Source of the DNA: an uncultured Gammaproteobacteria bacterium
Lineage (GTDB): Bacteria; Patescibacteriota; Microgenomatia; Levybacterales; UBA12049
Length of the DNA: 57,757 nt
Assembly: GCA_964424775.1 (NCBI GenBank)
Contig: CAYRJZ010000006.1
Location: 1-57,757, forward strand
Direction of reading: 5' to 3'
Under the pieces are notes generated by a model. The model saw only the letters and a list, made by a program, of their open reading frames with translations. It was not told the DNA's origin and searched no databases. This document shows positions 46,458-56,423 of the stretch, piece by piece. Positions within the stretch are counted from its first letter, which is position 1; every line of letters starts with the position of its first letter. The translations under genes were made by a program, and so were the position numbers.

Positions 46458-46733
46458 ATGGCAACGAAAAAAGAAGAAACCTTTAAAGTGAATGGAGATA
46501 TTCTTTTAAAAAGAGTTAAAGAACTTATTGAAGAGGGTAACGTAAGACGTATAACAATTAAAGATAAAAATGGTAAAGAACTCATCGTTCTTCCTCTGAC
46601 TCTTGGAGTTGTCGGGGCAGTAATCGCTCCACCTCTGGCAGCAGTTGGGGCAATTGCTGCACTCATTACAGAATGCTCAATAACTGTTGAAAGAGATATT
46701 GTAGAACCAAAAAATACTCAAAAAAAAGAGTAG
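46458..46733 (+). CDS. DUF4342 family protein (start ATG 46458)
   Basis: VKELIEEGNVRRITIKD...LPLTLG...LAAVGAIAALITECSI motif. Confidence 0.85.
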   Translation: MATKKEETFKVNGDILLKRVKELIEEGNVRRITIKDKNGKELIVLPLTLGVVGAVIAPPLAAVGAIAALITECSITVERDIVEPKNTQKKE

Positions 46734-46775
46734 TTCCGTTTCACAACCATTTCATCAAAACGATAAGTCTCTTCA

Positions 46776-47420
46776 TCATGAAACTTCAGAAATTTTTCTG
46801 ATTTCTTCAACTAGTTCTGGAAAATCAGGTGAATTAAAATGTCCCTTTCCTTCAAATAGTTTTACTTCTGCATTGTGTAACGCTTCCTTATACAAAAAAA
46901 CATTGTCAGGATAGACAATTTTATCGTCATTACTATGAAAAAGCATAATTTTCCCACCTTGATCTGCAAATTTATCAAAGGGCTCTGTAAGATTAAAATC
47001 GACCAGCGGATGATTGACGGGCGTATTAAAAGGTGCAGCGATAAGGAATGTAGCCAAAATTGTTTTTGGATACACATTCTCTGAAAGATATTTTGCTAAA
47101 AAAATACCACCGAGAGAGTGACCTACAAATATAACCTGATCATCGAACAGTGGTACAAGTCTCTTGAACCATATTTGCCATTCATTATACCTCGCATTTG
47201 ATGGGTTGGGCATTTTTGGAGTCAGAACGTCAAAATTCTCGCCTAACTCATCACCAAGCGTACTTTTCCAGTCTCTTGATCTCAGTCTCTCTAGTGAAAC
47301 TTCTTTTGTCTGTAAAAAGTCTATATATTCTTCATACTTTTCGAAGGCATTTCCGCCATGTATGACCACTATTTGCTTTGTTTCCATAATGTTTATAATA
47401 TAGCAGACTAAAACAATCAC
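46776..47420 (-). CDS. RBBP9/YdeN-family alpha/beta hydrolase
   Basis: IHGG, GHSLGG nucleophile, SNDD and GHF motifs. Confidence 0.88.
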   Translation of the reverse strand: MIVLVCYIINIMETKQIVVIHGGNAFEKYEEYIDFLQTKEVSLERLRSRDWKSTLGDELGENFDVLTPKMPNPSNARYNEWQIWFKRLVPLFDDQVIFVGHSLGGIFLAKYLSENVYPKTILATFLIAAPFNTPVNHPLVDFNLTEPFDKFADQGGKIMLFHSNDDKIVYPDNVFLYKEALHNAEVKLFEGKGHFNSPDFPELVEEIRKISEVS

Positions 47421-47459
47421 GATAAAGTGACGAAGATCAATTCATTTGCTGAAAAATGA

Positions 47460-47795
47460 GTGTACAGTTGTCATATGATAAGTACAATTTCTGTAGATGA
47501 TGTTAAAAATCTTATAGATAGTGGTGAAAAAGTAACTTTAGTTGATGTTCGAACATTGTTAGAAACTCAAAGAGGATATATACCCAATAGTCTTTTTATT
47601 CCCTTAGATAAAATTAAAAATCAGATTGAAGAAAAAATACCTCAAAAAGAAAGTAAGATTATCTTGTATTGTCTCAGTGGTTCACGAAGTAGCCAAGCTG
47701 CAGAAATGATGAGTGAATTAGGATATAAAAATGTTTTTTCAATGGAGAACGGACTTTTAGCATGGCGAATAAAAAAATATCCGCTTTCATTATAG
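47460..47795 (+). CDS. Rhodanese-like protein
   Basis: VDVR, GYIPNS, YCLSGSRS and GLLAW motifs. Confidence 0.92.
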   Translation: MYSCHMISTISVDDVKNLIDSGEKVTLVDVRTLLETQRGYIPNSLFIPLDKIKNQIEEKIPQKESKIILYCLSGSRSSQAAEMMSELGYKNVFSMENGLLAWRIKKYPLSL

Positions 47796-47826
47796 TTTTT
47801 CTCTCCTCCCACTTCACAAATCGGTA

Positions 47827-48414
47827 TCAAAAAGAACCTGTCTTAACATCACCAGCTCGTTTGTAAGAAGCGAATATTACTCCAGATGGTGTAACGTGCG
47901 AATAAAACAAAGTGAACGCGACAGGTATTGTTCCATCACTAAACAAACGCTTTCCTGATCCTAATATCACAGGAAATATTTTAAGCCAAAGTTCATCAAC
48001 AAGATCATTTTTCAGTAATGTCTGAATCAAATTACTGCTTCCGTGAACTTGTAAATCCAATCCTTCTTGTCCTTTAATTTTTTTAATATCTTCAACATTT
48101 TTCAAGAAGATCGAATTACTCCAGTCACTTTGAGTGAGAGTATTGGAAACAACATATTTTGTAACATCGTTAATACCTGGCCAATCATTCTCATGTTGAG
48201 GCCAGTAGGAAGCAAAAATGTCGAATGTTTTTCTTCCTAAAAGAAGATCAGCAGGCTTCATCTGCTCAGTCATTATTTTCCCTGCGATCTCGTCAAAGTA
48301 GGGGACGGTCCAGCCTCCGTATGTAAATCCTCCACTCATATCCTCTTGCGGACCACCAGGCGCCTGCATCACTCCATCCAAAGACATAAATGAAAGTACA
48401 ATAATTTTTCTCAT
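47827..48414 (-). CDS. Dihydrofolate reductase-family (RibD C-terminal) protein
   Basis: MSLDGVMQAPGG, LLGRKTF, HGSSNL and PVILGSGKRLF motifs. Confidence 0.9.
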   Translation of the reverse strand: MRKIIVLSFMSLDGVMQAPGGPQEDMSGGFTYGGWTVPYFDEIAGKIMTEQMKPADLLLGRKTFDIFASYWPQHENDWPGINDVTKYVVSNTLTQSDWSNSIFLKNVEDIKKIKGQEGLDLQVHGSSNLIQTLLKNDLVDELWLKIFPVILGSGKRLFSDGTIPVAFTLFYSHVTPSGVIFASYKRAGDVKTGSF

Positions 48415-48453
48415 GGACTTACTATACCAAAATTCCCAAAAATGAAGTTGTTC

Positions 48454-48951
48454 TCAAACAATTAAGTCATTCTCATCTTTTAAAGACATCGCATCTGAGA
48501 GTAACTTTTGGAGTACAGCAACAAAAACGGCAATAACAGCAGGTACAAAGGTAAATACAAATCCCAGCGGAACCATAAACGTAACATCCTCACTAGGATC
48601 AATCATTTTAGAAGAAATTAAACCAAAAGTTGTAGCGAGTACCACTAACAGACTGAACATTACTGCACATATTTTTATATTTTGTAACGCCTTTAAAGAT
48701 TGTTTTGAAAAAGCTCTTCCATTATCAATCAATGTTAAGAACTTATGTGTTTGATAAAGTGCCACAAAAAAGGGAGTCGCTAAGATGTATGAACCAATAA
48801 GGAATGGAACAGTTAAATCTTGTGTGCCTGCAGGTCTTGTAACTGCATCTTCACGTGCTAATTCTGGCAGTAAAATGACACAGATGGCTACAGCAGCAAG
48901 CCCAACAAAAAGAACAACTGCATGAGCGAAATATGTTAAACCTTTCTTCAT
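48454..48951 (-). CDS. DUF2975 membrane protein
   Basis: AFSKQSLKALQNIKIC and C-terminal A..LKDENDLIV motifs. Confidence 0.88.
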   Translation of the reverse strand: MKKGLTYFAHAVVLFVGLAAVAICVILLPELAREDAVTRPAGTQDLTVPFLIGSYILATPFFVALYQTHKFLTLIDNGRAFSKQSLKALQNIKICAVMFSLLVVLATTFGLISSKMIDPSEDVTFMVPLGFVFTFVPAVIAVFVAVLQKLLSDAMSLKDENDLIV

Positions 48952-48952
48952 A

Positions 48953-49159
48953 TTAGTCCACTTTGTACTCCAAGATATCTCCTGGCTGACAGTCTAAAGC
49001 CTTACATATGGCTTCAAGTGTTGAAAAACGGATAGCTTTTGCCTTTCCATTCTTAAGAATCGAAAGATTTGCCATGGTGATACCGACTTTTTCGGTAAGT
49101 TCAGTAACACTCATCTTCCGCTTTGCCAGCATGACATCAATATTAATTACAATACTCAT
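48953..49159 (-). CDS. Cro/C1-type HTH regulator (YozG-like)
   Basis: KMSVTELTEKVGITMANLSILKNGKAKAIRFSTLEAICKALDCQPGDILEY. Confidence 0.93.
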   Translation of the reverse strand: MSIVINIDVMLAKRKMSVTELTEKVGITMANLSILKNGKAKAIRFSTLEAICKALDCQPGDILEYKVD

Positions 49160-49170
49160 AATCCTACCTT

Positions 49171-49659
49171 TTATATTGTTAATTCATTTTCAGATTTAAT
49201 ATCTAACGCATTTTGAAACATTTTCTGAAAAACTGCAGCTGCTGTTCCTATCACTAATGGACCAAAAGTAAAGATGAGCCCGATGAGTGCGAGTCCTGGG
49301 GCGTCGTCCTGTTGTGCAAGCATAAAAATATAAGGCAAACCAATAGCGTAAAGTGCACATATAATAAAACTACAGTACTTAATTCTTCTGAGGGCTTTTA
49401 TCGATAATTTTGAAAATGCCAAATTCCTATCAATAAGTCCCAAAAGATTCCATGCAGAGTGAAGTGCAATAAAAAAAGCAATAGTTGGAAGATATAGACC
49501 TAAAAGGATAGGGAGATAATCAAAATCGCTCTTAAATTCCGCAATAATTATGCGAGGAAGAACAAAAATGTGAAGCAATAGAGTAACAACAACAAGAATG
49601 CCAATAATTGTTTTCAAAAACAATGTAGAACCTTTTTTCATATAAAAGTATCTTATCAC
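49171..49659 (-). CDS. DUF2975 membrane protein
   Basis: AFSKLSIKALRRIKYC and C-terminal ALDIKSENELTI motifs. Confidence 0.9.
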   Translation of the reverse strand: MIRYFYMKKGSTLFLKTIIGILVVVTLLLHIFVLPRIIIAEFKSDFDYLPILLGLYLPTIAFFIALHSAWNLLGLIDRNLAFSKLSIKALRRIKYCSFIICALYAIGLPYIFMLAQQDDAPGLALIGLIFTFGPLVIGTAAAVFQKMFQNALDIKSENELTI

Positions 49660-49702
49660 ATCATTTATCGTTTGTCAATATATTATTATTGAATATCGTT
49701 AA
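49650..49702 (-). promoter_or_regulatory. Promoter TTGACA-18-TAAGAT with two imperfect inverted repeats TTATYG-N5-CRWTAW
   Basis: Repeats at 49665-49681 (overlapping the -35) and 49686-49702. Confidence 0.55.
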
Positions 49703-49710
49703 ATAGAGTA

Positions 49711-51171
49711 TCAGCGATTCCTGTTAACTTTATAGATTACTGCGCTTCCTTTTCTTTTATATTCTGAAATTACATTTGATTTCTCCAAATTACTAATTCC
49801 ATCAATAAAAGGATCACGATCAATGAGGAGGTGCCTTGCATCCCATTCTGGAGAAGTATCAACAATTAAATATTTGGGCTTTCCATGCCAACGAAACCAA
49901 TTACATTCTACAACTCCACATGGTGAATTTTCCATAAATTTTTTCTTCTCAGGATAAAGTGTATAAATTTTATCTCTATGGCTTATATGCGGGAGAATAT
50001 TATTCTGAGCAACAATTGAATCATTTTTATCAAATTCTTTAATAAGTGTATTTATGTGCTTGACTCCACTTGGTTCAGTCCAGAACCACGATTTAGCTAA
50101 ATAACTTAAAGGAAGATGCAAAAAATATTGGGCTAAAAGAGTACAGATTATTAAGTACACACCAATATATTTTGTATTTAATACATTAAATTGTCTTACA
50201 GTCATAATTGTCGCCCAGATAAGTAGTGGAGCCAATGTTATCCGATAATGCATATAAATACCGTGTGAAGGTGTCAATTCACTTGCTAAAATAAAATATG
50301 TTGAAAAATCACCAAGAACTGGGAGTAAAAAGATAGGAAGAAGGAGAGGAATAAATCCAAAAGTGAAAAATGAATAGAATAATGCTTCTCTCTTCTGTAC
50401 TGAATCGAACAAACTGAATGGATTAAGATTAGAAAGTAAACCCTCCTTGTTTTGATAAAGATAGTGCTGGTTTACAATATGGGGAAAATAAACAAGATAT
50501 ATAAAAAGTAGATAAAAAAGAGACAGAGTCATTAAGATAATCGTTAATTTATCTCTTCGTTTTATAAAATAGACCAAGCTAATCAGAAATGTTAGTAATC
50601 CGATATTTTCTTTTGCGGATATTGCTAAAAGACAGAATAGAATTGCCCACTTTACGCTTTTTCTATCCAGAAAATAGATAAACCAAACAAGAAATGCTGC
50701 AGCGAAAGTAGCACTATGGACATCAAACCAAATAGCGTTTTGAACACCATAAAATCCTAAAAAAGTAAAAACAAGAGATAGCGCTAAAATAGGGTTCAAT
50801 TTATTTTTTATAGCTAGTAGATAAACTCCAATTCCCGAAAAGCTCACAAAAGCAGCTTGAAGCAAAACTAACATACGTGCACTATCCCAAATCCAGTAAA
50901 AAGGCGCTATAAGCAGATATACGAGCTCAACATGAGTAACAAGTTTTGTCTGGTCAGGGAAAGGATCTGACGTAGTTAGAGGCGCTTGAAATGTACTATA
51001 ACGCCATACAACTTGTTTGTTAATACCCAAATCATAACCAAAAGACTGATAGTTATTATGCCGAACAACAGAAAGAACTGAATAAGCTATAAAGAAAAGT
51101 GAACAAAGTAAAAGTGCAAAGAAAAAAGTATATCTGTTGAGTCTTTCAAAGAGAGACTTCCTCCTGAACAT
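49711..51171 (-). CDS. DUF2079 (GT-C-like) membrane protein
   Basis: YDLGINKQ, HVEL, FDVHSAT and KEN motifs; paralog of the C-half of 4000-6408. Confidence 0.75.
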   Translation of the reverse strand: MFRRKSLFERLNRYTFFFALLLCSLFFIAYSVLSVVRHNNYQSFGYDLGINKQVVWRYSTFQAPLTTSDPFPDQTKLVTHVELVYLLIAPFYWIWDSARMLVLLQAAFVSFSGIGVYLLAIKNKLNPILALSLVFTFLGFYGVQNAIWFDVHSATFAAAFLVWFIYFLDRKSVKWAILFCLLAISAKENIGLLTFLISLVYFIKRRDKLTIILMTLSLFYLLFIYLVYFPHIVNQHYLYQNKEGLLSNLNPFSLFDSVQKREALFYSFFTFGFIPLLLPIFLLPVLGDFSTYFILASELTPSHGIYMHYRITLAPLLIWATIMTVRQFNVLNTKYIGVYLIICTLLAQYFLHLPLSYLAKSWFWTEPSGVKHINTLIKEFDKNDSIVAQNNILPHISHRDKIYTLYPEKKKFMENSPCGVVECNWFRWHGKPKYLIVDTSPEWDARHLLIDRDPFIDGISNLEKSNVISEYKRKGSAVIYKVNRNR

Positions 51172-51275
51172 AATTAATTATAACATGAGACTATACTACC
51201 TTATTAAATTAGTTGATCCGAGCCTATTTCTTGATTTTTCATTTACTCTTCATAGATACTATTACCAAGACTTTA

Positions 51276-51632
51276 ATGATTAAACCACGTATTTATACAA
51301 TGAGCTTTACAGGAGTATATCCTCTCTATATTGCAAAAGCAGAGAAAAAAGGTCGAACAAAAGAAGAGGTTGATGAAATCATTTACTGGCTTACAGGGTA
51401 TAACCAAAAACAACTTAAAGAAATTTTAAATAAACAAATAGATTTCGAGACTTTCTTTGCAGAAGCACCTCATCTCAACCCTTCTCGTCGACTTATTACA
51501 GGAATTATATGTGGTGTGAGAGTAGAAGAGATCAAAGACCCAATTATGCAAAATATTCGTTATCTGGATAAATTAATTGATGAACTAGCAAAAGGGAAGA
51601 ACTTGGATAAAATTTTAAGAAGAGCCTCCTAA
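51276..51632 (+). CDS. DUF2200 family protein (start ATG 51276)
   Basis: [25 protein letters not shown] and [13 protein letters not shown] motifs. Confidence 0.92.
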   Translation: MIKPRIYTMSFTGVYPLYIAKAEKKGRTKEEVDEIIYWLTGYNQKQLKEILNKQIDFETFFAEAPHLNPSRRLITGIICGVRVEEIKDPIMQNIRYLDKLIDELAKGKNLDKILRRAS

Positions 51633-52400
51633 GGCATCATAAAGTGAAGGTATAATATAATCTTTATTATTGCGTTCTTTTTTAGTTTCTTCATCCACTC
51701 TCATCCAAAGATAACCAGCTCGAGAATATCGCCTGTCATGTGATGGAGTCTCTAAACCTTCTATTGGTAACGTCTCGTATCCATCCACCCAATTAAATCC
51801 TCCAAGTTCTAGAATATCCATGAGATCCCATGGATCTCTATTAAACGTATGTACTAGTTCACCCCAAGGGGTAGTTTGGGTTAACCATTTATTATTATTT
51901 TCACCTTTTATTGCAGCATCGTTATGAAGAGGATGTGGTTCAACAAAACATAACAATCCATTTGGCACAAGTACACGATAAATCTCACCAATTGACTCTG
52001 TAAGCATTTTATTATCAAGATATTGAAATACCATATTAGAAGTAACAACATCATATTGCTCATCTTTTAAAGGTAAATTTGTTGAAGAAGCTCTGATAAG
52101 TTGTGCGTGAGGATATTTATTTAATGCATCGGATAAAAGTTCCTGGCTTACGTCAATTCCTGTAATATTCTCTTCAGACGCTCCTAATTCGACTAATGTC
52201 TGGATAACTCTCCCTGTTCCAACACCAATATCTAATATTCTCGTCTGATCATTTATTCGCCCACTCAAATAGCGCACAAGAGCTCGTTGTTCGATATGTC
52301 TCCAAGAGAATGAATTATCTGCAAACTCTTTGTATTGTACTGCTTGTTGATCGTAAAGTTGACCAATATGTATTGGGGAAGGGGAGTAGCTTTCTCTCAT
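51615..52400 (-). CDS. Class I SAM-dependent methyltransferase
   Basis: [14 protein letters not shown] and YDVV motifs. Confidence 0.85.
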   Translation of the reverse strand: MRESYSPSPIHIGQLYDQQAVQYKEFADNSFSWRHIEQRALVRYLSGRINDQTRILDIGVGTGRVIQTLVELGASEENITGIDVSQELLSDALNKYPHAQLIRASSTNLPLKDEQYDVVTSNMVFQYLDNKMLTESIGEIYRVLVPNGLLCFVEPHPLHNDAAIKGENNNKWLTQTTPWGELVHTFNRDPWDLMDILELGGFNWVDGYETLPIEGLETPSHDRRYSRAGYLWMRVDEETKKERNNKDYIIPSLYDALGGSS

Positions 52401-52601
52401 GCGCGAAGTATAGTGTGAAGCTAAATTTGAGTCAAGAAAATATTTTGCTGAGTATACCGGTCAGAATCCTTCAGTCGTTATAATAAATTGACTACCTATA
52501 GTACTAGAACCTAGAGAAAAAGCGTATCTTTCACATATATATTCTAGCCTTGTATTTTTGCATATTGTGAAATTGTCAGAAATTAACTAGATTAAAATAT
52601 A

Positions 52602-54026
52602 GTGAAGAAAATCCTTACATTTGTCTTTGTATTTTTTATCTTTGCCATACCAACAAATTCTGCTCATGCTTTTTCAGGTTCAGGAGCCGGAACCAGCGGA
52701 GACCCTTACCAAATAACCACATGTTTACAACTTCAGGCAATAACAGAATCTCTAAGCTCTTCGTACAAACAGATGAATGATATAGATTGTACAGGTACAA
52801 GCTTTTTCTCAATCGGTAATGGCTCTGATTTTACTGGGACATTTGACGGACAAAATTACTCAATAAACAATATTACTATTTCTTCAAATGGAAGTGCCGG
52901 TTTTTTCAGTAATACCCTGAACGCGAACATACGCAATGTTCGTCTTATTAGTGGCTCGGTATCTTCAACAGGAACTAATCCATACATAGGAAGTCTTATA
53001 GGTGGGAATAATGGGGGCACAGTTGTTTCGCACGTTTTTTCCAATCTAACACTTAATAATAAATCGGGTGCATACGTTGGCGGATTAATTGGATGGAGTG
53101 AAAATGGCATCACAATTCAAAAGTCTGCTTATATAGGCAATATAATTGGGAATGTAGATCTTTCTGCTGCTGGAGGCCTTATTGCAGGAGTGGAGGACAC
53201 AGGCAATACAATTAGCGATAGCTATACATCCGGCAATTGGGTTATGCACGGTGCTGGATATGCTGGGGGATTTATCGGGTTGGTATATAGTGGTATTACT
53301 ATTACAAATTCTTACTCAAGTGGGGTTATGGAGCGAGGAGGAGGGGGAGGAGAAGGAGGATTTATATCAGGATATTTCGCCGGAACAATTTCAAATTCTT
53401 TTTCCTCTACAGCTATTTCAAACTCAGCAGGCGGAGATGGAGGTATGTTTTGGAGTGGAAATGGTGTATCGACAGGGAACTATTTCGACGCATATTTAGC
53501 AGGGGTAAATAGCTGCAGTGCTTCAGGGTCGGCGAGTTGTACTGCAAAAAACTCAGGCAATAGCGATCCAAATTATTTTAAGGGGAATAGTACAAGCTCG
53601 CCAATGAGTACATGGAATTTTACAGATATATGGCAGGTTAATTCAGGGGGGTACCCTACGCTTCGTGGATTTATTTCTCCCTCGTCAGGATTTTCATCTA
53701 GCTCTTCAAGTTCATCAACCCCACCGTCTTGTACCACGCAAGCACCTCTTTCTGCACCGAATTTATTCCAAATGGGTGCTTCGGGGACCACTGCGAACTT
53801 GTTTTTCGCACCTGTCTCAGGTGCAAATTCATCCTATGTTATAAGTTATGGCTTTGATGAAAATGCTAACAACTTTGCTACTTTGTTTAACTACGGCTTC
53901 TCAAGCGGTGTTATCTCCTACAATATAAACTCTCTTTTTCCAGGAAAGTGGTACTTTAAAATAAGAGGACAAAACGGCTGCATGCCGGGAGAGTGGTCCT
54001 CCGTCAAGTCCATAAAAATTATTTAA
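52602..54026 (+). CDS. Secreted GLUG-repeat/beta-helix protein with Ser-rich linker and C-terminal FN3-like domain
   Basis: FSGSGAGTSGDPYQI, FTGTFDG, repeated VGGLIG/AGGFIG, WYFKIRGQNGC. Confidence 0.75.
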   Translation: MKKILTFVFVFFIFAIPTNSAHAFSGSGAGTSGDPYQITTCLQLQAITESLSSSYKQMNDIDCTGTSFFSIGNGSDFTGTFDGQNYSINNITISSNGSAGFFSNTLNANIRNVRLISGSVSSTGTNPYIGSLIGGNNGGTVVSHVFSNLTLNNKSGAYVGGLIGWSENGITIQKSAYIGNIIGNVDLSAAGGLIAGVEDTGNTISDSYTSGNWVMHGAGYAGGFIGLVYSGITITNSYSSGVMERGGGGGEGGFISGYFAGTISNSFSSTAISNSAGGDGGMFWSGNGVSTGNYFDAYLAGVNSCSASGSASCTAKNSGNSDPNYFKGNSTSSPMSTWNFTDIWQVNSGGYPTLRGFISPSSGFSSSSSSSSTPPSCTTQAPLSAPNLFQMGASGTTANLFFAPVSGANSSYVISYGFDENANNFATLFNYGFSSGVISYNINSLFPGKWYFKIRGQNGCMPGEWSSVKSIKII

Positions 54027-54266
54027 CTACTTTTTGATTTTTAACCCATTTTTATGTAAGTACTTAACACTCCTTGAACATCAGCTCTATCAAAACACTC
54101 TACATAAAAGTATTTTAATAATATATTGTCTGGAACCGAATTATCATTATAAGTACACTTCTTAGAGATTTTTGATTCAGAATTGACGCTATTGGCCATA
54201 GCATTAGGTAAAATTTCAAGATTCAGGAGCGCTGAATCGGAGCTTTAGGGTTATAGTCCTGTTTTG

Positions 54267-54337
54267 CTGCGGAACCAGGATTCGAACCTAGATAAACAGA
54301 TCCAAAGTCTGTTGTCCTACCCTTGAACGATTCCGCA
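54267..54337 (-). tRNA. tRNA-Gln(UUG), no encoded CCA
   Basis: ACAGA-CTTTGGA-TCTGT anticodon arm; U1-A72. Confidence 0.95.
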
Positions 54338-54382
54338 GTATGCGATTTTACGCTAGACCATTTTACCATAGAGAGGCTGAAT

Positions 54383-55843
54383 TTACCTAGTAGGGGAGAC
54401 TCGAGTGAATATAACTGATTTGGGATCCTCATACATCTTTCGCCAAGTACCTTCATTTTCTAGTTCCTGAAGCCTTGAATAAATTGGCTTTTCCTTCCCT
54501 GTAAAGACTACTTCATATTTGGAGAAGTGAAGATCAGCTATATTCTGCTCGATATTGTAGTCATGCCTAAATCCAGAATATCCATCTTTCTCCCACAAAT
54601 GCATCCGTCCATCCGTACTTGGCTTAATTGCAGGATAATTCCAAATGAGCCAGCCACCCCAGTCATAAAGCGTCATGGTTTTACCAGGTATGTAGTATTT
54701 TTTAAGTTTTTCTGCACCTTGAGGAGAGCAATTTCCGATTTCTTGACAGTACACGTTCCAGTTCATGTCTGCAAACTGAGTAAGAGGGTATTTAATAATA
54801 AGTGTCATCATAATCAGTACCAAAAATATTCCTGTAGCCACATGTCGTTGAATCCTCTTTGTTGGTGGTCTAAAAAAGTCAGCAAGCGGCTTAAGAAGAG
54901 GAATTGCGACATAATACATTGACCATGCATAGCGTTTGACATTAAGCGACACAGTATAGAGGAGAAGTGATGGAATTATTGTTGTAAGAGTATTTCTCCA
55001 CTTTTTCTGTATGACATATGTAATTATTCCGACTGATAAAAATATTGCCATAAATAATTGATTGATCCACGTTGTTGAGAGTTCCTCAGGAGGCACGTAC
55101 TCTGCGATACTTTTCAGAAGAGGATTGTGAAAATGAATAAGAGCATCTTCATAAATACCAATTCCAAAAGGATGTATGATGGGAAGTAGCAAACTCAATA
55201 TACTAATACCCGCATATTGAACAGCTTTACTTTTTACCTCATCATTTAATTTCTTTGCCTTAATAACATTTTCTACAACATCTGCAAATAACCACAGGAA
55301 AAGAACGCCTAATCCTAAAATAAACTGTCCATGAATATTAGCCCAGATAAAAAAGAGAAGTGGAACAAAAAAGAGTGCTTTTTGTGAACCATCTTTATAC
55401 TTTTCAAGAAGATACAATAAAACACCCAGAAGCATCACACTTATCAATTGTCCTCTGAATGAGATTCTGTTTAAGGGCTCTACAAAGAAAATGAGAAGTG
55501 GAAAAAGGATTGCCTTCTGCCAGAAATCAACTTTAAAAGCTTTAGAAAAAAAGAAAAAGGTTGACGTTACTACTATCGCACCTGCAAGTGTTAATGCGAA
55601 AAAGCCACCGAGACTATAGATTAAATAGGAAAGGATATCTGTCATCCATGCAATATTTGACCACTTGAAATCAGCCATCTCTGCTGAGAAAGTATTGGCA
55701 CGAAGAATGTCACCAGTCTTTATAAAATGCTCACCATATTTTAAATGCCAACCAAGATCAGTGTCTGCAGGACGAAAAAGTGAAGCTAAAAAGACAAAAA
55801 TATAAGGAAGTATTGCGCTGATATACGAAAAAGTTTTTTTCAT
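54383..55843 (-). CDS. Polytopic GT-C-like membrane protein (start ATG 55843)
   Basis: DTDLGWHLKYG in first loop, WANIHG, about 11 TMs, soluble C-terminal domain; longer track ORF overlaps tRNA-Gly. Confidence 0.6.
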   Translation of the reverse strand: MKKTFSYISAILPYIFVFLASLFRPADTDLGWHLKYGEHFIKTGDILRANTFSAEMADFKWSNIAWMTDILSYLIYSLGGFFALTLAGAIVVTSTFFFFSKAFKVDFWQKAILFPLLIFFVEPLNRISFRGQLISVMLLGVLLYLLEKYKDGSQKALFFVPLLFFIWANIHGQFILGLGVLFLWLFADVVENVIKAKKLNDEVKSKAVQYAGISILSLLLPIIHPFGIGIYEDALIHFHNPLLKSIAEYVPPEELSTTWINQLFMAIFLSVGIITYVIQKKWRNTLTTIIPSLLLYTVSLNVKRYAWSMYYVAIPLLKPLADFFRPPTKRIQRHVATGIFLVLIMMTLIIKYPLTQFADMNWNVYCQEIGNCSPQGAEKLKKYYIPGKTMTLYDWGGWLIWNYPAIKPSTDGRMHLWEKDGYSGFRHDYNIEQNIADLHFSKYEVVFTGKEKPIYSRLQELENEGTWRKMYEDPKSVIFTRVSPTR

Positions 55844-55873
55844 AAAATCAGGCAGAGAAGTGGAAATACGATG

Positions 55874-55945
55874 AGCGGGGAACGGGCATCGCACCCGCGA
55901 CCTCTTCCTTGGCAAGGAAGCGTTCTACTGCTGAACTACCCCCGC
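55874..55945 (-). tRNA. tRNA-Gly(GCC) with atypical D and T loops, no encoded CCA
   Basis: CTTCC-TTGCCAA-GGAAG anticodon arm; D loop AGCAGTA; T loop TGCGATG. Confidence 0.88.
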
Positions 55946-55988
55946 ATGTAAAAGGTATTATAACAAAATTTATTTATGCCTGCACAAT

Positions 55989-56423
55989 ATGATAAAATTG
56001 CACTCTATGAAATTAGAAGGCATGTACAATCAACTTCAACAATATTTTGATACAGCGGATCCAAGAGTTGGAAATCTTACCAAGGACTTTTTGAATAGTG
56101 CCGCAAAATCAGAAACAGTGACATGGATAGGTGCAGTAGAAAACACAACTGAAACTAATAAAAGTCAGCTTACTCTTCATTTGTTAAGAACAGATATTTC
56201 ATCCCCCGTTACAGGACATCAGGAAGTTCAAAGAGGAAATTATATGGAAGCATTAGAAGGCCTACAATCCGAATTAAGCCCACTCATTGATATCAGAATT
56301 GCTTCTCATGATGCAGCGAAAGTTCAAAAAGATGAGTTAGCACATCACTTGATTGCTGAAAGGGAAGACTTACCACAAACGAAAGTTGTCTTTGAAGGTA
56401 CAGTTACAACAACTGTTAGATAA
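55989..56423 (+). CDS. Hypothetical protein
   Basis: 144-aa ORF with no recognised motif. Confidence 0.45.
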   Translation: MIKLHSMKLEGMYNQLQQYFDTADPRVGNLTKDFLNSAAKSETVTWIGAVENTTETNKSQLTLHLLRTDISSPVTGHQEVQRGNYMEALEGLQSELSPLIDIRIASHDAAKVQKDELAHHLIAEREDLPQTKVVFEGTVTTTVR

